A stretch of 63,628 nt of DNA from an uncultured Candidatus Saccharibacteria bacterium (GCA_964431415.1 CAYSJS010000004.1:26033-89660); one strand, 5' to 3'. Shown: positions 44,511 to 54,226, counted from the stretch's first letter. The notes: generated by a model from the sequence alone, not told the origin. Made by a program: numbers and translations.

Positions 44511-45128
44511 CTATCGAGAGATCGTAAGTAGCTCTTTAGGAGAGTCGACAAGAAAGTTAGGATGCCTTTTTTTTAAGGTTTGCCGCGTATTAAAACCCCA
44601 TGACACAGAAACTATTTTGACAGCTGCAAGCCTCGCCGCCTGAATGTCGCGCGTTTCGTCCCCAATGTATACTGTTTCGCGCCGCTTTAAACGCTGTTTT
44701 TTCATCAACGCCCGTATATACTTTGCCTTATTAAACACGCCCGCACCGGCCTCTATCTCCGTAAAATAGCCGCGCAGCTTATGAAGATCCAAAAACTGCT
44801 CCACGCTGCCCAGTGTATTCGATGTAACAATATATAACCGGTCACCTCTTTTATTAAGTGCCTCGAGTGTTTCCGGCAATTCCGGAAAAGTACGAAGACC
44901 CGGTATCAACGCTCTAAAATCAGGCATACCGTGCAGCAAAAGTTTTGGCAGCTGCCACCAGCGCACGCCGATATGCCGAAGCGCCCGGCGCGAACTCATA
45001 CCGCGCAAGGCTTGAATCTCTTCCGGTGTAAGTGGATTTTTATTGTCACGAATATTTTTGTTATAGACGGCAATCAATGCTTCAAGACTGTCAGCAATCG
45101 TTCCGTCAAAGTCAAAAATATAATTCAT
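44511..45128 (-). CDS. HAD-family phosphatase (phosphoglycolate-phosphatase-like)
   Basis: MNYIFDFDGTIADS motif I, TSN motif II and GDETRD motif IV. Confidence 0.8.
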   Translation of the reverse strand: MNYIFDFDGTIADSLEALIAVYNKNIRDNKNPLTPEEIQALRGMSSRRALRHIGVRWWQLPKLLLHGMPDFRALIPGLRTFPELPETLEALNKRGDRLYIVTSNTLGSVEQFLDLHKLRGYFTEIEAGAGVFNKAKYIRALMKKQRLKRRETVYIGDETRDIQAARLAAVKIVSVSWGFNTRQTLKKRHPNFLVDSPKELLTISR

Positions 45129-45131
45129 TTT

Positions 45132-45224
45132 CTAGAGAGACCCCTTCGGGGTTTCTCTACGCGCCATGCACCGGCAAAGCCGGATGCGTGGGCTGCTCAT
45201 CCCGATAATTTTATTCCGTACCAT
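45132..45224 (-). CDS. Possible 30-codon leaderless upstream ORF running through repeat A1
   Basis: Minus strand: TGGTATTAT, 7 nt, then ATG (45224). The peptide is MVRNKIIGMSSPRIRLCRCMARRETPKGSL*. Its stop is 3 nt before the HAD ATG. Confidence 0.2.
   Translation of the reverse strand: MVRNKIIGMSSPRIRLCRCMARRETPKGSL
45139..45206. repeat. Repeat A copy 1 (68 nt, two-hairpin element)
   Basis: 63 of 66 core positions are identical to 45361-45426. Contains the GAGAGACCCC-TTC-GGGGTTTCTC hairpin and the GCACCGGC-AAA-GCCGGATGC hairpin. Confidence 0.85.
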
Positions 45225-45268
45225 TGCCGTTATAATACCACGTCTCCCTTATTGCCGTTTCCTAATTC

Positions 45269-45350
45269 CTACCTATTATCTATCGGAGCATAAGCGACGT
45301 GGCACATGCCTCGTCCGGTGCGTTCGGTAAACTTTTGGTGGCAGTATCCA
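45269..45350 (-). pseudogene. Duplicated 3' fragment of msrA
   Basis: Minus-strand translation ...YCHQKFTERTGRGMCHVAYAPIDNR* compares with the msrA C-terminus ...DYHQKFTERTGRGMCHIPYKAV*. 42 nt (45300-45341) are identical to 45452-45493. Confidence 0.65.
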
Positions 45351-45357
45351 CCATAAG

Positions 45358-45426
45358 ACACCCCTTCGGGGTTTCTCATCGCGCCATGCACCGGCAAAGC
45401 CGGATGCGTGGGCTGCTCTTCCCGAT
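45358..45426. repeat. Repeat A copy 2, immediately downstream of the msrA stop
   Basis: See copy 1. The offset between copies is 220 nt. Confidence 0.85.
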
Positions 45427-45429
45427 GCG

Positions 45430-45912
45430 CTACACCGCTTTATATGGAATATGGCACATGCCTCGTCCGGTGCGTTCGGTAAACTTTTGGTGGTAGTCTT
45501 CGGCGGGCCAAAAATCGGAAGCTTTTGTAATTTCCGTTACAACTGGTTCGGAATGTTCAGCGCCCGCACGCTTTTTAGCTGCTTCGGCTTGTTCTCTTTG
45601 CTGATCGGTCGTATAAAAAATAGCCGAACGGTAACTGTCACCCACATCAGGGCCCTGCCGGTTTAGTTGCGTTGGGTCGTGCATACGAAAGAACTGTCTT
45701 AGCAGCGTTTCGTAGCTCACTCTTCTCGGGTCAAACGTAATTTTGACCGCTTCGGCATGTCCGGTTGTGTGTGAGCAGACTTCTTCGTATGTGGGTTTTT
45801 CTGTTTTTCCGCCAGTGTATCCTACGGTTGTCTCGATAACACCCGGCACCTGATCAAAATAGTATTGAACGCCCCAGAAGCAACCCGCCGCAAAAACTGC
45901 CACCTCACTCAT
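45430..45912 (-). CDS. msrA: Peptide-methionine (S)-S-oxide reductase MsrA
   Basis: AVFAAGCFWGVQYYF active-site block. Confidence 0.9.
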   Translation of the reverse strand: MSEVAVFAAGCFWGVQYYFDQVPGVIETTVGYTGGKTEKPTYEEVCSHTTGHAEAVKITFDPRRVSYETLLRQFFRMHDPTQLNRQGPDVGDSYRSAIFYTTDQQREQAEAAKKRAGAEHSEPVVTEITKASDFWPAEDYHQKFTERTGRGMCHIPYKAV

Positions 45913-45925
45913 CTGTACTCCTTTT

Positions 45926-46228
45926 TTATTCTGAAACTGTTACATCCCGCCAAAAGGCGACATAGTTGCTAAAGTCTTTTTTCACTATGTCGATTGCACT
46001 CGGTTTCGGCTCGGGATAGCTCCAGGCAACATCCTTAGCCCAGTCTTCACCCTCGCCCACATCGAAATACTGACACACCCCTTTCCAGGGACACGTATAC
46101 GGCGTAGGGCTTTTGCGTAAGAAATCTGATTTAACCGAAGCGGGCGGAAAATACCAGTTGCCTTCAATATAAATCAAATCGGCTTTGTCCGCCTCTGCAA
46201 CCACCTTGTCTTTCCAAATTGCTTTCAT
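45926..46228 (-). CDS. DUF427-domain protein
   Basis: IYIEGNWYFPPASV...TCPWKGVCQYFDV pattern. TATACT lies 7 nt upstream of the ATG. Confidence 0.7.
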   Translation of the reverse strand: MKAIWKDKVVAEADKADLIYIEGNWYFPPASVKSDFLRKSPTPYTCPWKGVCQYFDVGEGEDWAKDVAWSYPEPKPSAIDIVKKDFSNYVAFWRDVTVSE

Positions 46229-46553
46229 ACTAATAAGTATACAAGTAGACAGCAGTTAGTAAATAGCAAAGGGAGTCAATGCCTTATAACGCAGAACTAG
46301 CGAGACGAGTGGTTACAGTGCTTTAGTTCAGTTTGGCTGAAGAACGAGCAACGGCTACGAAGTGTACATGTTGGTACATGAAGTAACGGAGCGGAGTCTT
46401 TTTTTGCCCTAACAATTTACGAGAGGCTGAGGGATAAATCTGCTAGTGCAGCCTAGGATGGAAGCCGAGCACTGACGCGCAGCGTATTTCATGATACGTG
46501 AGCATCGAAGCGCAGGCTTACGCCTAGGATGTGCCAAGCATGAAAGCCGGACA

Positions 46554-47927
46554 CTACTCGGTACGCAACGCTTCGATAGGATCAAGTTTGGCCGCCTTCC
46601 GCGCCGGCAGATACCCAGCTATCATCGCAACCAATACCAGCGAACCGATAAGCGCAAGTACCTGTAATGGTCTGAAAATAAGCAGACTATTGCCCTCCCC
46701 AAGGTCAAGCTTTTTCGTAATCCAGGGGTTAAGCGGTGCACCGACAATGAGCGCCACTACCGCTCCTATTAAGCCACCCAAGAAGCCGATCCAGCCGGCT
46801 TCAAGCATAAACAGTGAACGCACATCGCGGCTGCGCATGCCAAGCGCTTTCATCAGGCCAATCTCGCGGGTTCGCTCGAGTACACTAATGTACTGGGTGT
46901 TTACAATACCAAAGATTGATGCGACCACCGTTATCATGCCAAACACACCCACGAGCACCTGCAGAATATTCACGACTTGTGTGATCTGTTTTTGGATATC
47001 CTTGCTACTTTGCGTGTAGTAACCCTTGGTCTTCAGATCTTCTTGAGCGGCTTTAATATTCTTGTCATCGTTCCCGTCTTTTATATGGGCATAGACATAT
47101 AGGTATTTGCCGTATGTACTCGTCCCTTTAGTGGTGTAGTCATAGACTTCGCGCGCTTCTTTTGAAGAAAGCAAGACCGGTAGTGCGCCAAAGCTGATAC
47201 TGGTAGCCGCTCGCTTTGTTACCGCGCCAATAGTGAATTCCACGTCTTTTCTCTCGGGCGCAAGTGTTGAGGGATCTTTCCCGGCCTTCAAAAACTCAAG
47301 TACCTCGGCAGCCGATGTGTCGGCAAAAGGCTTTTGAACGTTAAGTGTCACTTTTTTGCCAATCGCATCTTCTGGATTCGAGAATCCTAGCACGCTGACG
47401 TATCCTTCTGGCATACCTATCGTCCCGGCCGGAAGATCTCCAGAAGCAGGAATAGAACCGGCTTTAATCTCCGGTTTTTGTGCCGGGTTATACGCCTCGC
47501 CGGTAACCGTGTACCGCTTCTGCCCTTCCCGGGTGATATAGCGCGGCATCAACTGATAATTCTCCCTGACTTGCTCAACATAAGGGAGCTTCTTAAGTGC
47601 TGCGACATCTTCATCGGTCACTTGTTTTAGCTGCAACGAACCGCCATTGCCCACGGACATCGACGCAATTGACTCGTCATATTCTTTTGGCTCAGTAAGC
47701 GGCGCACCAGTATTCGAAATTTCCTTATCTCTCCCAACCAATATTTCGGCCGGATCGAAGTTATTCTTAACCAGTTGGTCGGTATAATTACGCACGCCGT
47801 TTCCAGCGGCTAGTGTCGCGGTAAGCGTAAAACCACCAACGGCAATAGCTAGCGAAGTAAGTATAGTACGCGCTTTAGCCGACCGCAGACTGCGGCCACT
47901 TCGCCTCACGATATCACTAAATGTCAT
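46554..47927 (-). CDS. ABC transporter permease, MacB/FtsX-like (large periplasmic domain)
   Basis: N-terminal TM, a 250-aa extracytoplasmic domain and a C-terminal FtsX-type 3-TM bundle. Confidence 0.8.
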   Translation of the reverse strand: MTFSDIVRRSGRSLRSAKARTILTSLAIAVGGFTLTATLAAGNGVRNYTDQLVKNNFDPAEILVGRDKEISNTGAPLTEPKEYDESIASMSVGNGGSLQLKQVTDEDVAALKKLPYVEQVRENYQLMPRYITREGQKRYTVTGEAYNPAQKPEIKAGSIPASGDLPAGTIGMPEGYVSVLGFSNPEDAIGKKVTLNVQKPFADTSAAEVLEFLKAGKDPSTLAPERKDVEFTIGAVTKRAATSISFGALPVLLSSKEAREVYDYTTKGTSTYGKYLYVYAHIKDGNDDKNIKAAQEDLKTKGYYTQSSKDIQKQITQVVNILQVLVGVFGMITVVASIFGIVNTQYISVLERTREIGLMKALGMRSRDVRSLFMLEAGWIGFLGGLIGAVVALIVGAPLNPWITKKLDLGEGNSLLIFRPLQVLALIGSLVLVAMIAGYLPARKAAKLDPIEALRTE

Positions 47928-48619
47928 GACCGACTCCTTCCTGATGGTTTCTTCACCGGCTCAACAATACCGTCTTTGATACTGACCTGCATCTGGCAGC
48001 GTGCCGCCAGGTCATGGTCGTGTGTCACAATCACCAGTGTTGAACCTAGCTTTTTATTCATATCAAACAAAAGACCCACCACCGTATCGCCCGTTACACT
48101 GTCGAGGTTGCCGGTTGGTTCGTCGGCAAAAATAAGGTTCGGCTTATTAACAATGGCGCGCGCAATGGCGAGACGCTGCTTTTGGCCTCCTGAAAGATTA
48201 TTGGCAGTGGAGTCGATTTTATCTGCAAGCTCTACTGCTTCCAGGGCCTCTTTGACCATCTGCCGACGCTTGCGGCGCGGCACGCCAGCGATCTCAAGCG
48301 GCAGCATTACGTTCTGATAACACGTTTGCTTTGGCTCTATAAAGAAAGACTGGAATATAAAACTCATTTCGGTTGCCCGAAACCGATCAACTGCTTTCGC
48401 CTTCATACTCGAGAGCGACTTGCCATTTATGGTCACGCTACCAGAAGTTGGGTGGTCAAGCCCGCTCATGACGTGCATGAGTGTTGACTTGCCTGAGCCG
48501 CTTTTTCCGATTATAGCCACTGTTGAACCGTCTGGGATCTCTAGATTAACCCCAGCAAGGGCGGTAAATGCCCCTTCTTTTTTCCCGTACGTTTTCGTAA
48601 CATTTTTTACTTCTATCAT
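47924..48619 (-). CDS. ABC transporter ATP-binding protein (MacB/LolD-like)
   Basis: GKSGSGKST, LSGGQKQRLAIARA and IFADEPTGNLD. ATG 48619 has TATACT 7 nt upstream. Confidence 0.9.
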   Translation of the reverse strand: MIEVKNVTKTYGKKEGAFTALAGVNLEIPDGSTVAIIGKSGSGKSTLMHVMSGLDHPTSGSVTINGKSLSSMKAKAVDRFRATEMSFIFQSFFIEPKQTCYQNVMLPLEIAGVPRRKRRQMVKEALEAVELADKIDSTANNLSGGQKQRLAIARAIVNKPNLIFADEPTGNLDSVTGDTVVGLLFDMNKKLGSTLVIVTHDHDLAARCQMQVSIKDGIVEPVKKPSGRSRS

Positions 48620-48635
48620 ACATACAAGTATACAC

Positions 48636-49820
48636 CTACCTCGCAACTGCCGGCTTGTTTTCGTATCGGTAATATACATACAAAGAAAGCATGAAAAGTA
48701 GCCCCATTCCTATGAGGTAAATATGTAGCCTACCTCGAACATTCAAAAATCCGATCAGTGGCGCCAAAGCCACATATGACAAAGACTTCAGAAAGGACGC
48801 GGCCGACAAGCTCGTCGCCCTGTGTTTCGGCGAGATGTGTTTATTTAAACCATCGCTCAGCACTGGCTGCAGCAGATACTCGCTTACGTATATAGTTAAG
48901 ATAACGAGGAGCCCAATTTTGCCAATATCAAAACTGCCAGCCACGAGTGAGACCACCGTGAACAGAACTATAAAGCCTACACTCAACTTTTCAGTAAATT
49001 TATGCATATATCGAGCCTGCAGGCTCTGCAAGATAAACGCGCTTAATCCACAGACAACCAGCACCCACGCACCCGCACTTGCGCCATAATTAAATCTTGT
49101 GAGCAAGATAGGTCTCAATAACCCATAGCCGAACGAAAAATAAAAACCCGCTACAATTACAATAATAGGAATATACCCTACGACGTTTTTGTGCCACAGT
49201 TCCTTGACTCCGTCTTTCAGAGAGTTCACATAATTATTAAGCGATTTATCTATATCAACAGATCTATTTGAGATTTCAGGCATATTCCAAAAAGCAAGTA
49301 CCCCAATTATCGTTACAACGCTTGCAATAAATGGCGCTCGAGGCGATATGGTATATAAATACCCGCCAACCGCATATGATGCGAGCTTAACAAGCGTTCC
49401 TACTTGGTTTCCTTTTGCGACGAGTTTTTTCCATGCACTTTCATTTTCTTTATAATCCAACGAATCGTAAAAAAATGCTTCGTCAGCACCAGAACTAAAT
49501 GCGAAACCAACCGTCAGCAACACCTGGCCAATAAAAATAAGTGAATAGCCGGTTGCCAGCCCCTGCATACTCATGCCAAATGCCGAAAGTATAACGCCTA
49601 TAACGGACAATTTCTTACGACCAAAATGGTCCGCCATTGCACCGGAAGGTATTTCTGCCAGCACGCCAATACCAAACGACACCGCATCCAGTACTCCAAT
49701 TCCCTGATCTGTCATGAACAATCTATAAAACAAAAGCCATATTGCCCCCACGAGCCACATGTTGCGCGTGGCTTGGTAAAACAAATACCGGCGTTCAATA
49801 TTACGAGTTGCGAGAGACAT
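48636..49820 (-). CDS. MFS transporter
   Basis: About 12 TM, with a GAMADHFGRKK motif-A-like loop. TATGAT lies 8 nt upstream of the ATG. Confidence 0.75.
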   Translation of the reverse strand: MSLATRNIERRYLFYQATRNMWLVGAIWLLFYRLFMTDQGIGVLDAVSFGIGVLAEIPSGAMADHFGRKKLSVIGVILSAFGMSMQGLATGYSLIFIGQVLLTVGFAFSSGADEAFFYDSLDYKENESAWKKLVAKGNQVGTLVKLASYAVGGYLYTISPRAPFIASVVTIIGVLAFWNMPEISNRSVDIDKSLNNYVNSLKDGVKELWHKNVVGYIPIIVIVAGFYFSFGYGLLRPILLTRFNYGASAGAWVLVVCGLSAFILQSLQARYMHKFTEKLSVGFIVLFTVVSLVAGSFDIGKIGLLVILTIYVSEYLLQPVLSDGLNKHISPKHRATSLSAASFLKSLSYVALAPLIGFLNVRGRLHIYLIGMGLLFMLSLYVYYRYENKPAVAR

Positions 49821-49934
49821 TACATTAAATCATACCTTAAAAGCAGTTTGATTGGATGAAATTTTTTTAGAATAGCCATAACGAGCTGTATCGTTACAAA
49901 AAGTCAGGGTTTATATCTGTTATACTAGTAGCTT

Positions 49935-51590
49935 ATGTTACTGCGCATAAATATTGAAGATAAAGTAATCGGCAACAAGCATCTGCTGCATGGTTTGCAG
50001 TTTTTTGTTGATGACAACGAAAAAGTTGGAGTTGTTGGCCGGAACGGTGTCGGAAAGACTACCTTATTTAATGTTTTAGCAGGCACGGACACCGAATTTG
50101 AAGGCTCGATCGACCTAAAAAAAGGCCTCCGCATGATCGCCACCGCCCAGGAGCACCATGGCTTGGGCGATATAACCGCTCTACAGTACATACTTGACCG
50201 GCTACCGGAATATAAGCGGCTAAAAAATATTATCGATACATATCCCGAAACTATGGGCGACAATATGCGCAAGATCCACGAGTACTCGGAGGCACTGGAG
50301 TTGTTTGGAAATAAAGGATACTACGAAGTAGAAGATAAGCTGCTCCAGGCACTCGCAAAATACCAGATTGATGAACAAAAAGCCTTGATGCCAATGCAAG
50401 GTCTAAGCGGTGGTCAGAAACGTTTTGTTGAGCTGATACTCGTGCAGTTTTCGGAGCCTGATCTCGCACTGATTGACGAGCCAACAAACCACATGGATTA
50501 CGTGGCAAAAAATGCCTTCATAGAATGGTTAGAAAACGCCAAACATGCCTGCCTGATTATTACGCACGACCGCGATGTGTTGGCGAGCGTTGACCGTATT
50601 ATAGATATAAAAGACAAAAAAGCTTTTCCATACAAAGGAAATTACGAAGCATACCTGAAGCAAAACACTACCAGCACCACCAATCAGCTGCAAAGCTATG
50701 AAATAGCTCAAAAAACCATCGCCAACTTAAAAAACCAGATCGCCTACGCCATTGCCCGCGCGCCAGGCTACGCCGGGAAATCAGCCAACAACCCTTTTAT
50801 CGTCATGCGTGACCGGCTTCAAAAACAGCTAGCCGAGGTTGAGGCCGCTAATCCAAAACCGAGTTTCTGGATAGATCAGGAATCTGCCGCAGCTCTAAAC
50901 CCTAAAACCACTGCAAATTACGAAAAGTTTAAGGCAAAAAACATTAAAATCAGCCGCCAGACCGAGGGCGAGCGCGAAACTACCCTGCTTACCCTAAACG
51001 GCGTACAGCTGGGCTACAGCGAAACGCCGCTATTTGCACCCGTGAGCTTTTCTTTGCTTTCTGGCGAGCGGCTCCATATTATCGGACGAAACGGCGCCGG
51101 CAAAACAACTTTGGTGCGCGCAGTCGCAGAAACAGTGCGCGGTAATAACGTGTCCACCCTGCTAAAAGGTACGATTACCCCCGGCCATCATATACGCCTC
51201 AATATGTACGAGCAAGAAATGAGCGATAAGCTGCTTGATCTTACTCTTTATGAGGCTATCGAAAGTATTTACCGCGACTTTGACCTGCCCGTGAATCCGC
51301 AGAACATTATGCGCAGCATGGGTGACTATTTGTTTGAGCCTGCTGTCGATTCGCAAATTTTAGTTAAAAACTTGAGCGGCGGCCAAAAAGCGCGATTGCA
51401 GCTTATTCGAATGCTTATAAACAAGCCAAACCTGCTTATTTTAGACGAGCCCACCAACCACCTTGATCTGCCCAGCATCGAAGAACTCGAAAACGCTTTA
51501 AAGCCATACCACGGCGCGGTTATATATATTTCTCACGACAGCTACTTTGCGCGCAACCTAGGCGGCAAAACTCTCAAGATCGGCAAGTAA
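49935..51590 (+). CDS. ABC-F family ATPase (two NBDs, no TMD)
   Basis: Two Walker A (GRNGVGKTT, GRNGAGKTT), two signature (LSGGQKRF, LSGGQKAR) and two Walker B motifs. TATACT lies 8 nt upstream of the ATG. Confidence 0.85.
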   Translation: MLLRINIEDKVIGNKHLLHGLQFFVDDNEKVGVVGRNGVGKTTLFNVLAGTDTEFEGSIDLKKGLRMIATAQEHHGLGDITALQYILDRLPEYKRLKNIIDTYPETMGDNMRKIHEYSEALELFGNKGYYEVEDKLLQALAKYQIDEQKALMPMQGLSGGQKRFVELILVQFSEPDLALIDEPTNHMDYVAKNAFIEWLENAKHACLIITHDRDVLASVDRIIDIKDKKAFPYKGNYEAYLKQNTTSTTNQLQSYEIAQKTIANLKNQIAYAIARAPGYAGKSANNPFIVMRDRLQKQLAEVEAANPKPSFWIDQESAAALNPKTTANYEKFKAKNIKISRQTEGERETTLLTLNGVQLGYSETPLFAPVSFSLLSGERLHIIGRNGAGKTTLVRAVAETVRGNNVSTLLKGTITPGHHIRLNMYEQEMSDKLLDLTLYEAIESIYRDFDLPVNPQNIMRSMGDYLFEPAVDSQILVKNLSGGQKARLQLIRMLINKPNLLILDEPTNHLDLPSIEELENALKPYHGAVIYISHDSYFARNLGGKTLKIGK

Positions 51591-51596
51591 GTCTAT

Positions 51597-53570
51597 CTAC
51601 TGCCAAAGCTGAAAATCTTTGGTTAGATCCTTGGCAGTTTCATTATCGGCATAAAAACTTACTCCGTAAAATTCTGTTTCTGAAATTGCCTGACCCTTAA
51701 GCCGGTCTACGATTTCGGCGTCGCTATTTGTATCTTGCATCTCTTTGATGAATACATGACTCACCAACTTTTTACTCTGTATTTTTTCGTAGAGTTTGTG
51801 GAGCTGTTTTTCTTCGCCCTTCATAATAATGATTGGGTACTGACTGTTACGCGGCAACACTACGCCATCACTTCCAATAAAGTAATCACCGCTTGTTAAA
51901 ACTTGCTTTGGTAATTTATTGCCGATAATTGCTTGCATATGTGCAACCGCATTAGCAATACGCCAGGGTTCTAGATCCTTACGAACCACCGCTATTATTC
52001 GATGCTCAAAATCTTGCGGACGGCTAGCTCCAAGCTTGTTGCTCATCTTTTCAACAGAGAATACTTCAGGATAGATAGACTTGGTTACCTGATCCGTCTC
52101 GTTTCTAAGCTGCGGAAACGGTACGCCCTCGCGCGCCGTCACTCCTTCAAATATCCAAAATACACGCTCCGAAAAACCCAAGCCCGTCGTTGGCGGCATG
52201 CCATATTCAAGCATTTCAACAAAATCAATGTCTAGCATCATTGCTTCATTGTCGCCCGCCTCACGCATCGCTTCTTGTTCTATAAAACGATTAAGTTGAT
52301 CAATCGGATCGTTGAGCTCAGAGTACCCGTTACAGAGTTCCGAGCCAGCAATAACCGCTTGATACCGCTGCACTATACGCGGATCATGGTCGTCGGCTTT
52401 CGCGAGCGGCGAAATAAAAGCTGGGGTATTTACTAACCAAATGGGTCCCACGACATCCTTACGAATATTCTTCCACAGCTTGTCAATTCCACGAGCAATG
52501 TTCTCCGTTTTCTCAACTTCTAATCTATGCTTGTTGAGCTGTTCTTTTACTTGTTCAATGGTACAGTCAAACACTTCGATCCCATAGTGATCACGTATCA
52601 CACCAGCATAATCCCACCGCTCCCAAGAACGACTCATATCTACATCTTTGTCCCCTACTTTGAACTGCAGGGTGCCGAACGTTCGTTCAAGCACATACCG
52701 AAACATCTCTTCCATGAGAGCCATTCCCTGCTCCCAGTCGGCATATGCCCAGTACCACTCCATCGCCACGTGCTCCGGCAGATGCTCATCGGAATAGTTT
52801 TCGTTCCTAAAGCGCGGACCAATATCGTAAACCTTTTCATAACCTCCGCCAATCAGTCGCTTCAGGGGCAGCTCATGGCTAATACGCAAGTAAAAGTCCT
52901 GATCGAGTGCGTCCATATGCGTTACAAAAGGATTTGCGTCAGCGCCACCCGTCGTGTGCTCTAACACCGGAATATTAATCTCCAAAAAGCCTCGCTCATT
53001 CAGAAAATCTCTGGTAGCAGTCCAAAACTTACTGCGGCGGATGAAACGCTGGCGTATCTCGGGGTTTACGTTCATATCGATATAACGCCGACGCATACGT
53101 TGCTCTTTGTCGGTAAAACCCTCTTGCTCGCTCGGCATAGGCCTGAGCGCTTTCGAAATTATCCGAAGATTTCTGACATCAACAGATATTTCCCCTGTCT
53201 GGGTTTTGATAACTGGACCGGTTGCCTCAACAAAATCCCCTGTATCAAGAAGTGTTAGCTCGGCCGGCACCACAAGCTCGCTATTTGAACGATCCGGTGC
53301 CGCTGCATTTTCGTCGTGACGGATAAATAGTTGCAGCGTCATGCCGCCGTCATCTTGAATTACGACAAAGGCCAACTTACCAAACTTACGTATGGATTTG
53401 ATGCGTCCAAGCGTTGTGACAGTTTGGTTCTCGAGTTCATTAAACTGCAAATGAACCGTCTCGATGTCGTGCGTTCTGTGAGCTTTGGCCGGATAGGGAT
53501 TTATCCCAAGCGTCTTTAGCTCGTTCAGCTTACGAAGACGTTCATCTCTAAAATCTTGTAGTGTAGCCAT
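51597..53570 (-). CDS. lysS: Lysine--tRNA ligase (class II) fused to a C-terminal DUF2000-like domain
   Basis: The LysRS core spans aa 1-490 (OB fold, FRNE, class II motifs, ...GVPFPQLR). The extra aa 521-657 read HRIIAVVRKDLEPWRIANAVAHMQAIIG...YPIIIMKGEEKQL...FYGVSFYADNETAKDLTKDFQLW. Confidence 0.9.
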   Translation of the reverse strand: MATLQDFRDERLRKLNELKTLGINPYPAKAHRTHDIETVHLQFNELENQTVTTLGRIKSIRKFGKLAFVVIQDDGGMTLQLFIRHDENAAAPDRSNSELVVPAELTLLDTGDFVEATGPVIKTQTGEISVDVRNLRIISKALRPMPSEQEGFTDKEQRMRRRYIDMNVNPEIRQRFIRRSKFWTATRDFLNERGFLEINIPVLEHTTGGADANPFVTHMDALDQDFYLRISHELPLKRLIGGGYEKVYDIGPRFRNENYSDEHLPEHVAMEWYWAYADWEQGMALMEEMFRYVLERTFGTLQFKVGDKDVDMSRSWERWDYAGVIRDHYGIEVFDCTIEQVKEQLNKHRLEVEKTENIARGIDKLWKNIRKDVVGPIWLVNTPAFISPLAKADDHDPRIVQRYQAVIAGSELCNGYSELNDPIDQLNRFIEQEAMREAGDNEAMMLDIDFVEMLEYGMPPTTGLGFSERVFWIFEGVTAREGVPFPQLRNETDQVTKSIYPEVFSVEKMSNKLGASRPQDFEHRIIAVVRKDLEPWRIANAVAHMQAIIGNKLPKQVLTSGDYFIGSDGVVLPRNSQYPIIIMKGEEKQLHKLYEKIQSKKLVSHVFIKEMQDTNSDAEIVDRLKGQAISETEFYGVSFYADNETAKDLTKDFQLWQ

Positions 53571-53683
53571 ATGGAAAATAGTATACAGTTTAAGGTAGGC
53601 AGTTTACAGCCCAAAATGACCGGTTCATACATGCGCCCTAGGGAGCTGCACAGTCGACGGTAATACAATGCGCCAAATTAAGC

Positions 53684-54145
53684 TTAGGCGATGTCGACAA
53701 TTTTGTATGTGGTCGTATCGGCCGGCGTTGTGATCTCTACTTCTTCGCCTTCCTTTTTGCCCATCAGTGCTTGGCCGATAGGAGATTCGTCAGAAATTTT
53801 GCCGTTCAAAGGATCGGCTTCTACGGTACCTACCACCTGAAACTCTTTGGTCTTGCCGTCCTCGCTCTTAAGCTTCACGGTTGAGCCAAGGCGTACTTTA
53901 TTGTCGTCTTTCGGGGCGGTAATAATTTTTGCGTACTGAAGAATGTTTTCGATCTCTTCTATACGAGCCTCTTGGCGGCCCTGCTCGTCTTTTGCTGCAT
54001 GATATTCAGCATTTTCTGCAAGATCACCCTGGGAACGTGCGGTCGCAATATCTTCTGCAAGCTGGCTGCGCCGGTCGACTAAAGTTTTTAATTCTGCAGC
54101 AAGCTCGTCGTAGCCTTCCTGCGTCAAATGAAATTGTTTTTTCAT
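53684..54145 (-). CDS. greA: Transcription elongation factor GreA
   Basis: LTQEGYDELAAELKTL...GDLAENAEYHAAKDEQ coiled coil and a C-terminal FKBP-like domain. Confidence 0.9.
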   Translation of the reverse strand: MKKQFHLTQEGYDELAAELKTLVDRRSQLAEDIATARSQGDLAENAEYHAAKDEQGRQEARIEEIENILQYAKIITAPKDDNKVRLGSTVKLKSEDGKTKEFQVVGTVEADPLNGKISDESPIGQALMGKKEGEEVEITTPADTTTYKIVDIA

Positions 54146-54226
54146 GAACGTATTCCTTTACATACTAAATCAAAAGGGTGAAAAAAATACTGGCACGTAT
54201 CGTTGCCAGCGCCCTTACAGTATCAA

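Noticed and set aside
45139-45493. CRISPR-like array (repeats with spacers).
   Set aside because: There are only two copies each of two different repeats, with unequal spacing (220 versus 152 nt). One repeat is part of the msrA coding sequence, and there are no cas genes.
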